Shown in pieces: positions 40,855 through 52,293 of a DNA stretch of 64,000 bases. The notes beneath the pieces are model-generated. The model saw only the letters and a list, made by a program, of their open reading frames with translations, did no database searches and was not told where the DNA came from. Position numbers and translations under genes: made by a program. This DNA is from Eledone cirrhosa. Taxonomy: Eukaryota. The stretch lies in NCBI GenBank assembly GCA_964016885.1, contig OZ024745.1, positions 100,626,001-100,690,000 on the forward strand, read 5' to 3'. How positions within the stretch are numbered: position 1 is the stretch's first letter; every line of letters starts with the position of its first letter.

Positions 40855-42029
40855 ATTTACATTTGGGAATATTTTTCCAGTTTTTGTGTTTATATATTGA
40901 CCAGTATGTATGAACTGACATGTGCTACATCGACTATCATTGCATTTAGATACAGTGAATGATTGATCTTTGTTGTTAAGGTCAAACTTTGCCTATGTTA
41001 GTAATTGCTTCAAATTTTTTGGCTGTCTTTTACTAAGAATCAAAGCTCGGTCTGTGATTAAACCTTTTAATTCATTTCTTTGAGCAATGATCGGTATGTT
41101 TGCTTTGGCAGTGTTGAAGATATTCTGGTGACATGGGTTGTGTGTCATTATAAATGGTATGACCAGTTCTTGGTTTCTTCTTCCTTGGGTTGTCCTAAGT
41201 TGTTGTATAGGTATTTTTATAGCCCGCTGTATGCCATTTTTTATAAGCAGAGATGGGTATTTTTGTTTGAGCAAAAATTCTCTCAGTTCTGTTAGGCGTT
41301 TGTTCCTGGTATTCGTATCTTCTACAATGGTACAAATCTTCTGACTAGGCAGTATGGGATGTTGCGTTTTGTATGAGGTGGATGGCACGACTTAAAATTC
41401 AGAAATTGATGGGTGTCTGTGTGTTTATAGTATATATCCGTGGTAATGGTGGTGTCGTTTTTGATTACCATTATATCTAGGAATGGTAATTTGGTACTAC
41501 TCATCTCTTTTGTAAACTGGAGAGATGGGTGTAGGTCATTCAGCAGGATATTGAACTCATCCAGAGTTTCTAGAGATTCTGTCCAGATGATGAAACAGTC
41601 GTCAAGGTATCTCTTCCAAGACTTTTCAATGTACTTTCTAAATTCAGTGCTATATTTTTCCTCCATTTCTTGGTAGAGTTGTTGTTCTAAGTATCCCATT
41701 ACAGAGTTCGCGTAAACGGGAGCAAACTTCGTTCCCATCGCTTTGCTTCTAATTTGGATGTAATTCTTTCCATCGAAGAAGAATGTGTTGCTTTCTAGAA
41801 TAAGTCTGAGTGCGTCTAATATAAATGGCACTGTAAATTTGGTGGGAATCACTTCTCTATGTTTTTCCACCCAGTATTTAACCGCCTTTATTCCTAAATC
41901 AAGTGTAATGTTGGTGTAAAGGCTTACCACATCAAAACTAAGTAGAAGTGAATTCGCTTCCGTGGTTTGGGGAAGATGGGACAGGAAGTTGATATCATCC
42001 CGGGTGAAACTACATAGTGATTTCAAAAT

Positions 42030-42246
42030 AATGGTTTCTTTTATAGGCACAAAGCCAGCAATTTGTGGAGGGGAAAGTCGATTAAATCGACCCAGTGCGT
42101 GACTGGAACTTTATTTTATCGGCCCCGTAAGGATGAAAGGCAAAGTTAACCTCGGCGGGATTTGAACTCAGATCATAAAGGGCCGTAACTCTATGCTGCA
42201 AAGCATGGCGTTAGACCCTCTACCGATACTGCCAATCCACCGACCT
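42030..42246 (-). mobile_element. Family-1 SINE inserted into the Penelope RT
   Basis: 15-bp TSD TAGTGATTTCAAAAT (42015-42029) and TAGTAGTTTCAAAAT (42247-42261). The RT frame resumes across it. Confidence 0.93.
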
Positions 42247-42641
42247 TAGTAGTTTCAAAATTATGTCAACAAAATTGCTTAGACGGTGGGTAGGGCATGT
42301 TGGACCAGCTATAATAGGTCTAAGTTTTAAGTCTAGTAATTTAATGTACTCACTTTTTTGTTAATTTACTGCCAGTTGGATTTCTTTTGACTTATGAATT
42401 TTCGGTAAGCCACAAAAGTTGCTGGGTTTTGGCTCAAAATTGGTGATGTTGTCTCTTTCATTATCAGTAAGTGAGTTGTAGTATTTTGAAGCCAGGTTGT
42501 TGATCTTCTTCATGATATTGTAGTCTATACTTGACGGTATTTCATGGTAGAATGTTGTGTCTTTCAGTTGTTCCTCAACCAAATCTTTGTAGTATTCAGC
42601 ATCCATCATAACAATTGCACCCCTTTATCTGGTTGTTTAAT

Positions 42642-42679
<38 letters not shown>

Positions 42680-42781
42680 TCATCATCATCATCATCAGGT
42701 TTAGCGTCCGTGTTCCACGCTTGCATGGGTTTGGACGGGGGTTTTCCCACTTGAGGCAAGAGTGGTTGTCTTGCTCGCATA

Positions 42782-43013
42782 GGACTGTCTGGCGGGTTTT
42801 CTACAGTTGGATGCCCTTCCTAACACCAACCACATTTACAGTGTGGGGCTGGGAGGTTTTTACCGTGTTGCCTACACGGCCACATTACAGCGTGGACTGT
42901 CTGGCGGGTTTTCTACAGCTGGATGCCCTTCCTAACACCAACCACATTTACAGTGTGGGGCTGGGAGGTTTTTACCGTGTTGCCTACACGGCCACATTTA
43001 CAGCGTGGACTGT
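42782..43013. repeat. Tandem duplication (period 112-113 bp) in the RTE 3' UTR
   Basis: ggactgt recurs at 42782, 42894 and 43007 with near-identical intervening sequence. Confidence 0.95.
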
Positions 43014-43181
43014 GTGTTTTTTGTCGTGACACCTACACGATCTCATTTGTTTCGGCCTGGATGTTGTGGGACCAACATAACTTTACATTGAAAGGGGCGG
43101 TGTGGGTGGGGTGGAGGTGGTGGGACGGGGGTGTGTTTTGATAGCGGTGCCTACTGACTGTAGTAGGTTTTTACTTTGTAT

Positions 43182-46100
43182 TTAGGTAAGGCGGGTCTTC
43201 TCTATTACTGAGTACCGCCAAAGGTCTCGGTCCAGTGACATTGTCTTGGAGAGGTGTAAGCGTGTGAGGTCGGAATTTATCAGCTCGTCCCATGTTTTTC
43301 TGGGTCTGCCTACTCCGTGGCTACCGTCTATCTTTATTGCCCTGCACTTTGTTATACAGCTGTCGTCTTTCATGCGCATCACGTGACCGTACCAACGTAG
43401 CCTTCTCTCGAGTAAACAACATCTGATCCCTCTTATTTCTAATTTTTTCCTTAGTTCGTTTATGCTTTGCCGTTCACGTATATTACTATTGCACATCCAG
43501 CGGAGCATGCAAGCTTCGTTCCTCTCTAGTCTGCGTATATCCTCTGCACACAATGCCCAGGTCTCACCGCCATGCAGCATTGCTGTTCGTATGCAGGCAT
43601 CGTATAACCTGCCTTTCATTTTTAGGGAGAACCCTCTAGCGGCTAATAGTGGTATAAGCTCTCTGAACTTTTTCCATCCAGTTCTGACTCTAGCTACTGT
43701 ACTTTCAGAGCACCCTCCCCCACTGCTGATTTTGTCACCCAGATAACGGAAGCTGTCCACTATTTCTATAGAACCCTCTGCGCAGTTGAAGGAGCTAGTA
43801 TTTTGTGGGCACTTGCTGCTACTTATTGCACCAGAGCACCGGCCACATGTAAAATCTATGTTCTTAGTTAGCTTACCTGTGATCCCACTACATCTTTTAT
43901 GCACCCATACTTTGCATTTGGGACATAAAATGGAGTTTCTACCTACGCCTTTCCTACACACTGAGCATGGCCATTTCCCCGATGGGACCGCCGCCTTATT
44001 TTCTTTCCTACAAACTAGAACTTTAGTCTTAGCCAGGTTAATTTTAAGGCCTTTTGATTCTAGGCCGTGCTTCCACGTTTGGAATTTCTTCTCTAGTTCG
44101 GTCATTGATTCAGCTATGAGCGTTAGATCATCTGCGTATAGGAGTTCCCATGGGCAGCCGGTCTTGAACTCCTCTGTTATAGCCTGAAGGGCAATAATAA
44201 ATAGTAGGGGGCTAAGTACAGAGCCCTGATGGACACCAACTTTTACGCTAAACTCTTCACTATATTCGTTGTTAATTCTAACCTTACTGACTGTTTCTTT
44301 ATACATGGCTTGTATAGCTCTCACAAGCCATTCGTCAACACCTAGTTTTCTAAGAGACCACCAGATAATGGAACGGGGGACTCTGTCGAAGGCTTTCTCC
44401 AAGTCGACAAAAGCTAAGTATAGGGGTTTACTTTTAGCTAGGTACTTCTCCTGTAGTTGTCGTACAATGAAAAGAGCGTCTGTGGTACTTTTGCCTGACA
44501 CAAACCCGAACTGCATTTCATCTAGATCAATTCTCTCTCTGATTAGTTGCGCTATTACTTTTTCCGTGACCTTCATGACCTGGTCGATTAATTTAATGCC
44601 TCTATAGTTACTCCTATCTAGGGCATCTCCTTTTCCCTTATAGCAGTTAACGATGATGCTGCTACGCCATTCCTTCGGAACAACCCCATTCTGTACGACT
44701 TGGTTAACTATCCGGGTGACCATGGTGTGTCCCACCGAACCAGATGCCTTCAGCATCTCAGCAACTATTTCCGAAGGCCCAGCCGCCTTACCCGTCTTCA
44801 TATCTTTGATTGCCTTACTTATTATACTACCTTTAACTAACACTGCTGGTCCCTCTATTGGATCGATCTGGGGGAGACTGTCTTTCTCCCATTTGTTCTC
44901 CTCATTTAGAAGCCTTTCGTAGTGACACTTCCAAGCTACCTTCTTATCAGCGTCGGTGATGGCAAGTATGCCATCATCGTTAAGTACACACTTCTCCCCG
45001 ACAATATCACGGTTTTCCTTGACACATTGCCTGGCAATCCTGAACACCTCATGTTTTTGGTCCTCACGTTGTAGAACATGCTTGAACTTTCTTTCCTCTG
45101 CTTCCCTTCTTGCGAAGTACACTTGTCTCCTAGCTTCCCTCCTGGCCACTTGATAGTCTTCTCTACTTCCCCCATCCCGCCATACTTTCCAAGCCTGCTT
45201 TTTGGCCTTAATTGACTCCTCCACCTTACTGTTCCACCACCATGTTACTCTCCTCCTACCTACAGGCCTGCTCCAGCCACAGACTTCGTCTGCCGCCGTC
45301 AGCAGGTTTGCTCTCAGGAATTCCCACTGTTCCTCTATATTATACGACTCTAATTGCTCTTCCTTACTGTCGAAAGCGTCAAGTAATTTGCTTTGAAATT
45401 TATTTCTGGCTATGGGGTCCTTTAGCTTCCATATTTTTCTCCTGAGGATAGTCCTCTTTCGCTGTCTAGTACGTCTCGTCCTGACTATGAGGTCGCTAAT
45501 TATCAGTCTATGTTGGGAGGTGAATTCTTCATGGGGGTGGGATTTAGTGTTAACAACAGACACTCTGTCACGTCTTCTGGTAAGGATATAATCTACCTGG
45601 CTTGTGTGTTCCCCCGATCTATAGGTGATCAAGTGATTGTCTCGTTTTTTGAAGTTAGTGTTACAGATAGTTAAGTTATTTGCGTCGCAGAATTCCAGGA
45701 TTCTGGAGCCTTCCTCATTTCTAGTACCGAACCCATAGCCTCCATGGATTCCGTCATAGCCGTCACAATGTTGTCCAACGTGACCATTTAGGTCGCCTGC
45801 AATAATTATATAGTCACTGTCGGTTATTTGGGAGGTAGCGAGCATCAGTGTCTCGTAGAATCTGTCTTTTATAGCGCGGGGCTGTCCGGATTGGGGTGCG
45901 TACGCAGATATTACTGTCACCGTAGTTTTATTGAGGACAAGTCTTATTTTAATTATTCTGTCGTTCACTCTATTTACGTCTATTATCTTATCTGCCCACT
46001 TTTCTGCTACCATGATTCCTACCCCACCCAACCCATTGTCATTTCCCACCCAGAAAAGCTTATAGCATCGCTCTTTACCCACGATGAATCTAGCCGACCC

Positions 46101-46202
46101 TCCCCTCCACCTGGTCTCTTGAATACAACAAACATCGACCTCCTTACGTTCAAGCATTTCTACAACCTCGTTAGAGCGACCCTTTAAGGTGCCTACATTC
46201 AT
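43182..46202 (-). CDS. RTE polyprotein: APE endonuclease + reverse transcriptase + PHD-like zinc finger
   Basis: 1006 aa uninterrupted. Motifs NVGTL, IQETRW, SAYAPQ, AGDLNGH, QVDYIL, SQHRL, NYRGIKL, FVDLEKAFDRV, VHQGSVLSPLLF, LYADDL, FRYLG, RLRWYGHV and GRPRKTW. Confidence 0.97.
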   Translation of the reverse strand: MNVGTLKGRSNEVVEMLERKEVDVCCIQETRWRGGSARFIVGKERCYKLFWVGNDNGLGGVGIMVAEKWADKIIDVNRVNDRIIKIRLVLNKTTVTVISAYAPQSGQPRAIKDRFYETLMLATSQITDSDYIIIAGDLNGHVGQHCDGYDGIHGGYGFGTRNEEGSRILEFCDANNLTICNTNFKKRDNHLITYRSGEHTSQVDYILTRRRDRVSVVNTKSHPHEEFTSQHRLIISDLIVRTRRTRQRKRTILRRKIWKLKDPIARNKFQSKLLDAFDSKEEQLESYNIEEQWEFLRANLLTAADEVCGWSRPVGRRRVTWWWNSKVEESIKAKKQAWKVWRDGGSREDYQVARREARRQVYFARREAEERKFKHVLQREDQKHEVFRIARQCVKENRDIVGEKCVLNDDGILAITDADKKVAWKCHYERLLNEENKWEKDSLPQIDPIEGPAVLVKGSIISKAIKDMKTGKAAGPSEIVAEMLKASGSVGHTMVTRIVNQVVQNGVVPKEWRSSIIVNCYKGKGDALDRSNYRGIKLIDQVMKVTEKVIAQLIRERIDLDEMQFGFVSGKSTTDALFIVRQLQEKYLAKSKPLYLAFVDLEKAFDRVPRSIIWWSLRKLGVDEWLVRAIQAMYKETVSKVRINNEYSEEFSVKVGVHQGSVLSPLLFIIALQAITEEFKTGCPWELLYADDLTLIAESMTELEKKFQTWKHGLESKGLKINLAKTKVLVCRKENKAAVPSGKWPCSVCRKGVGRNSILCPKCKVWVHKRCSGITGKLTKNIDFTCGRCSGAISSSKCPQNTSSFNCAEGSIEIVDSFRYLGDKISSGGGCSESTVARVRTGWKKFRELIPLLAARGFSLKMKGRLYDACIRTAMLHGGETWALCAEDIRRLERNEACMLRWMCNSNIRERQSINELRKKLEIRGIRCCLLERRLRWYGHVMRMKDDSCITKCRAIKIDGSHGVGRPRKTWDELINSDLTRLHLSKTMSLDRDLWRYSVIEKTRLT

Positions 46203-46521
46203 GGTAGCAACTCTGAAGTTTTGGATTGCGTTTGGAGGGTGGGAGCGGTGGGGCGCGGGGGGGGGATGGGGTTATGTTAGCCATCCTGGGCCGAAACAAG
46301 GAGGAGTGCTTGCATTCTCGTCCACGAGGTGAATTTGGCTTTATCTTTGGCATTGTCGCTGAGCGTCCACATTTTTCTCTCTTCAACTCTCCAGACTTCC
46401 GTAGTCCATCCATCATATCGAAAAGCAACCAGTTAAGCGATAGTATGGGCCTCTGACTTATGATTGGTCCACGTAATAATGGTGGTGCGTGGGGGCGGGG
46501 GGGGGAGGGATGATGGGTTGT

Positions 46522-47274
46522 TAGCGAGAATGTAAGGTTTAAGATAAGATCGCCGTATTTTGGGCATGATTTAACAATAAACGAAAATACAAGATTTGTT
46601 TTGTTTAAGAAATTACAATAGAGAAAATGCGGTGATAGGGAAAATATGATTTTTAGAGAAAAGATATGATATATAATGGTGAAAATACGATATAGTGTGA
46701 AATTAGGACATAGAAGTGATTGAATGAATGGGTTCGAATGGAGAGAAGAATCGAGAAAAATTTGAACGTTACTTTATACCGAAGGGAACAGCCATCCCAG
46801 AAATAGCGAGTTGGCGATTTTGATTAATTTTGGTAGGGTTTTATCTTATATGTATAGAGAGGGAGGGGGGGGGCAGGAACCAGCATGATGGATGGGTAGG
46901 GGGTAGAATATGGGATGGAGCAGAGGTTAAAAGTTTAAATAGGTACTCGAAGATTTGCGTAAAACTTAGCAAGTTTAACAAATTATATTTAAAGGAATAT
47001 ATAATAGTGGTAGCGAGAATGTAAGGTTTAAGATAAGATCGCCGTATTTTGGGCATGATTTAACAATAAACGAAAATACAAGATTTGTTTTGTTTAAGAA
47101 ATTACGATAGAGAAAATGCGGTGATAGGGAAAATATGATTTTTAGAGAAAAGATATGATATATAATGGTGAAAATACGATATAGTGTGAAATTAGGACAT
47201 AGAAGTGATTGAATGAATGGGTTCGAATGGAGAGAAGAATCGAGAAAAAATTGGGCATAATTTAACAATAAACG
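46522..47274. repeat. About 240-bp direct repeat (period 489 bp) upstream of the RTE ORF, plus a 24-bp third partial copy
   Basis: 46522-46760 and 47011-47249 are nearly identical. ttgggcat(g/a)atttaacaataaacg occurs three times. Confidence 0.93.
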
Positions 47275-49085
47275 TATATATATATATATATATACATATA
47301 TTGACACACTTGCATATTCTTTAAAACATCATGCCATTAAATGTGCCATAGAGAATTAATGGGAACCGCTACGTATTTACCTCATCTGCTAAAAATAGAA
47401 GCCTAATTTACCCAGACTACACCCTACTACTTTTTATAATTCTAGATATATCCGCTAAAGCCACGGTCTAATCAGAACTAGAATACCTTTGATTTGATGG
47501 ATAATGTCTGGCTAAAAAACAACATTGGGCTTATAAGTTTACGTTAGAACCTCAGACTGCTTTGTAATGTTCATTCTGCTTCTTTCCACTCTGAGTTCAA
47601 ATCCAACCGTTAAATCAACCGTTCAATGTTAATAAATAAAATATTAGTCTTGTACTGGGGTAGATTCTTCATTTATTTCTCACTTTCTCTTTCACGCTAT
47701 ATTTCGAGAAGGAATTAACTATGTTCATAGCTAGAGAAGGATGGGCTCTGACAAGTTTAAATGCGCAACAGCACACTTAAGAATCAACAGGAATTCAGCG
47801 TTTATGGAATGTGTTAAAATGCCCTGATTAGATTTTATGGAGTTTCATGAGCTGGCTAATTGACGGCTCGATTTAACATCACACAGTTTAACTGCCCTTA
47901 AACAGGTATAGGGTTTAAGGATTAGTCAATACATTGCTTCCTCGTGCAATATCAACTGCGTAGAGCGTGTATTTTTATACATATATTATAGAAAGCAGTG
48001 TGATGTATATACACTTCAACTTTTCATACAGAAGAAAACAATAGATAATACTTATACATTTCAAACGTTGTGTTCTCATCAAACACTATGATTCTGTGTA
48101 CAGAGGAATATTGTTATAGTAACGCTATATGTCATAGAAGATATAGACAATAGCTGAAATGGTCACATTAATTCACATAACGTGCACATATATGTTTAGC
48201 GACGTAATTAGGTAAGTAATAAATATTTATGCTAGAATAGAGCGTGTATTTGAAGATTTTAAGGTAAATTTAATGTAGCTATAACTACTATTTTTTGAAT
48301 TGGAAGCATTCATTGTGAAGAAAAAGAAGCAGCATTCCTCTGTTTCAAGTGTTTATTATATGTTTGTGGGAGAGAGAATGAGTGTGTGTATGTATTTTGT
48401 TCTTTGTAGTTGTAGTTGGAACATGTGAATTTTAAACATTGAGAAAGTATCTAAGGTTTTAGATTTAACAGCTGTTTGCTATAAGATGTTCTGGATACAT
48501 ACTGGGGTAATCGGTGCTTAGTAGACTATGTCAAGTTTTACGGATCGTCAGCGTGGAGTACGCTCAAAGAACCATTTGATAGTTGACACTTTGTTAGAAA
48601 GACCGTTAGAAGAATTTACGCTCAAGAATTTACAAAAGTAGAGATAATTTGAAAGTAGGGTAGGTTTTTCAGCTTGCGATTATGTTATACATATTTTCTG
48701 CTATTTATATAATGATACTCGCATCTTTATAGAATGGCATATTAATGTGTGTGTGCATATATATATATATATCTTTGTTGTCTTTTTGTTGAGTACCAAG
48801 TCGATCGAACAGACAACAAATTAAATTTATTCCAGCTGTGACTAACTCATCGTTTTCCATCAATGTATTTAAGACTATAGTAGTCAGTGTTTTCTTTCCC
48901 TCCATATATAGTGGGATGTAATTTAAAGAAGATTTCACTGCTATTTCTAGCAATCGGGCAACCACTTACAACTTCCCGATTTCACTCAATTTCTGTATAT
49001 TAGAGGTGTTAATTGTTTCTTCAGTAATAGATGCACAATACCTCCACAAGTTTGATTTTACCAAGTGAAAACTCCCTTAGCTCTT

Positions 49086-49195
<110 letters not shown>

Positions 49196-49534
49196 TAAAT
49201 ATTTGCAAAATCCAGCGATTTTTGATTAATCTGAAATTTATTGTTGATATATTATACACGTTGTAATTTAATAACTTCGCTACTATATGTCAACAGATAC
49301 TTTTTTTCTTTCATGGGCAGCAACATATTGGGATTGTCCAGATTAGTTTCATCTGTATTTTAAGATTCATCAGAGAAAAAGTACCTTAATTTTGTGCCTG
49401 CTGAGAGACCGAGAGCTTGTTCCTATTTATATCAAACACGACCCAGGATCCATCTGAAATAGCCATTTCTTCTTAGAAGGTTGTTGGGGCAGAGCCCTTA
49501 GACACGCCATCCATAGGGTTCTATCAGGAGCAAT

Positions 49535-49668
49535 CCTATCCAAAAGATCCAGTTGAATCTCCAAGCGAGACCAATCGAGCTTATGTATGTTATCCAACCG
49601 TCGTGCTCAAACTCTACTTCTAGGTCTCCTGTTGGTTGGCTTTTCTTGTAAGAATCTGTCCAGCAATT
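49535..49668 (-). mobile_element. RTE 3' fragment (family of 1060-1800)
   Basis: Remnant IAGQILTRKANQQET...RLDNIHKLDWSRLEIQ. Confidence 0.65.
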
Positions 49669-49864
49669 TAGCCAGTTTCAATTGTAGAACCCCTTAGCAA
49701 TATTGTTAATTGATTAACTATTTTATTATACACCTCAGCATATATTAGATAGGCCTCGCTGTATAAACCCATATAAACAAATGTAAGTAATTGTTCATAT
49801 GACGCTACGAACAGAAAAAATATTGGAACAATGAAAATTGTAGAAATACCAACAGAAAACGTGT

Positions 49865-50140
49865 CCTCACTCACGTAGCTTTTGTCAGAGTCGTGTAGAT
49901 TCAATGCTGGTGGTGTTGGTACGACGGAGGATGTCTTTATGTGTAATCCTATCTCGTCTGACAATTGATAGAATCTTCTGGAAACAGTGGATGTTAATTG
50001 TTTCCAGGATTTTCATATGTCAGCTGTTTGAGGTTTATGTTCCACACGTATATAGACAAGAACCCTAGTATGGATACAGAGATTGTTATTTTAGAAACAT
50101 TCCATTACGAAGGATAAAGGAGCGTGTCTGGGGCATTTTG
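49865..50140 (-). mobile_element. Decayed BovB-like RTE fragment
   Basis: HCFQKILSIVRRDRITHKDILRRTNTTSIES resembles the RTE CLRxILxIxWxDRIxNxxxLxR segment. Confidence 0.65.
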
Positions 50141-50553
50141 TTAAAATTAAATAGTTGTATTGCAATCCGGTCTGCCAGATCACTTCAGTCGTCACGTTTT
50201 TCTGTTTATTTTTTAATGTGTTAAATGTTGTGGGAGCCATGTACATTGCTACTATGTTTGAGATAAACATTTCTTCTTGTTGCCCTTAGAGCCAGCCACC
50301 TTGATCCCAAGCAAACATTATTCACAAAAATATGAAAAATGTATTTTAAAAAATATATAAAAAAATCTAAAACAAACATTATTCTCTCCACCTCTGGGTA
50401 AAGGGATAGATTTCTAATGCTTTCAAGGCAATTGTTGTATACATACATACATTATATATATATACATATATATATAACGAAAGAATTGTGGTAAGGAACC
50501 AGATGGACCAAAACGCACCAGAGTACTCAATACTTAGGGTACTAGAGTGGGTA

Positions 50554-50685
50554 ATAGGAAAAAGTATGACCCCGACGGCAGAGCTCAAGCCGTTTCTACG
50601 GCTATTTCTGGGCGGCTATTTCTATGTCCAGAAATAGCCGTCGAAACGGCTTGAGCTCTGCTGTCGGGGTCATACATTTTCCTAT
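50554..50685. repeat. Fold-back palindrome (about 58-bp arms)
   Basis: ataggaaaa..gaccccgacggcagagctcaagccgtttc..ggctatttctgg paired with ccagaaatagcc..gaaacggcttgagctctgctgtcggggtc..ttttcctat. Confidence 0.92.
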
Positions 50686-50755
50686 ATATATATATATATT
50701 TCGTTTCTGAATTTGTTTAGCAAGATTCTTTATCTGAAAACGTGTGTTGAAACCG

Positions 50756-51264
50756 ATATTGTTATACTTTGGGAGGGTCATGTTGCCAATAAGAAACACA
50801 CACACCAGTTGTTTTCACTCCAATTTATTATAAATTAAATTATAAATTAAAAAATTTATAAATTTCCGGTTGGTTGGTTGGTTCCACAACCGGACGGTTG
50901 TTCATATATTGTCAAAGTTCTTTCGTCACTCATTCTGTGACCTCATCAGTGACTGGGGATTCTTTTCTTTGTTTTGTGCCTCTCCTTTGTTCTGTCCTAC
51001 GCCATCTTGTTTGGCGTAGGACAGAACAAAGGAGAGGCTCAAAACGAAGAAAAGAATCCCCAGTCACTGATGAGGTCACAGAATGAGTGACGAAAGAACT
51101 TTGACAATATATGAACAACCGTCCGGTTGTGGAACCAACCAACCAACCAACCGGAAATTTATAAATTTTTAAATTTATAATTTAATTTATAATAAATTGG
51201 AGTGAAAACAACTGGTGCGTGTGTTTCTTATTGACAACATGACCATCCCAAAGTATAACAATAT
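50756..51264. repeat. Fold-back palindrome with about 250-bp arms and a 7-nt spacer
   Basis: Arms 50756-51004 and 51012-51264 carry few mismatches. The mirrored ORFs in the track confirm the symmetry. Confidence 0.97.
51063..51105 (+). ncRNA. Hammerhead motif (mirrored at 50911-50953 on the minus strand)
   Basis: GTCA-CTGATGA-g-GTCAC-agaatga-GTGAC-GAAA-GAAC-T-T-TGAC, with stem I GTCA/TGAC. Confidence 0.7.
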
Positions 51265-51389
51265 ATATATATATATACACATGTCCAGGGAGTGTAACTT
51301 GGAGTTACTGTAGGTTCACCCGAGTGAGCACTCGATGTTTAGGTTCACTTCTGTGTCGAGGTGTAGAGCTATACAGAGTGTATTATATT

Positions 51390-51730
<341 letters not shown>

Positions 51731-51761
51731 CATATATATACATATATATATACATATATAT

Positions 51762-51900
<139 letters not shown>

Positions 51901-51953
51901 CATATATATACACACACACACACATACACATATATATATATATATACATATAT

Positions 51954-51986
<33 letters not shown>

Positions 51987-52105
51987 CATATATATACACA
52001 CACACACACATATATATATATACATATATATACACACACACACATATATATATATATATACATATATATACACACACACACATATATATATATATACATA
52101 TATAT

Positions 52106-52190
<85 letters not shown>

Positions 52191-52293
52191 TACATATATA
52201 CGTATATTGATATATATATAGAGAGAGAGGTAGAACACTAGAAGGTAATATCCGTAGTGGTAGAGCACTCAGTCCATGGGACGAGTTAGGTAG

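Larger units (their letters stand above)
40080..42642 (-). mobile_element. Penelope-like retroelement (RT + GIY-YIG), 5'-truncated and disrupted
   Basis: Peptides PDKG.AIVMMD, FCGLPKIHK, SFDVVSLYTNI, AMGTKFAPVYAN, WKRYLDDCF, LPFLDIMV, DIYYKHTDTHQFLNFKSCHP and NLIYCIKCPNC..LYVGQTG..LSERVRVH. Stop at 40993, frameshift near 41335, and two SINE insertions. Confidence 0.95.
42677..47274 (-). mobile_element. Near full-length RTE-clade LINE
   Basis: (ATG)n 3' tail at 42677-42696, 3' UTR, long ORF, and an upstream repeat region bounded by (TA)n. The 5' limit is inferred. Confidence 0.85.

Noticed and set aside
43462-46187. Plus-strand ORFs overlapping the RTE, and similar ones over the Tx1, Penelope and mariner elements
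   Set aside because: Antisense shadows of TE coding sequence.
49875-49977. Minus-strand segment with a good acceptor and GTGAGT donor
   Set aside because: It translates to an RTE-like peptide with a stop, so it is a LINE remnant. Exonisation cannot be shown from sequence.
50874-51142. Two near-identical 70-aa ORFs on opposite strands
   Set aside because: A trivial consequence of the palindrome, with no coding evidence.
50756-51264. Palindromes as pure sequencing fold-back artefacts
   Set aside because: Arms differ by substitutions and indels, flanks are asymmetric, and the pattern recurs with ribozyme motifs. An artefact is unlikely, though read-level confirmation is still needed.
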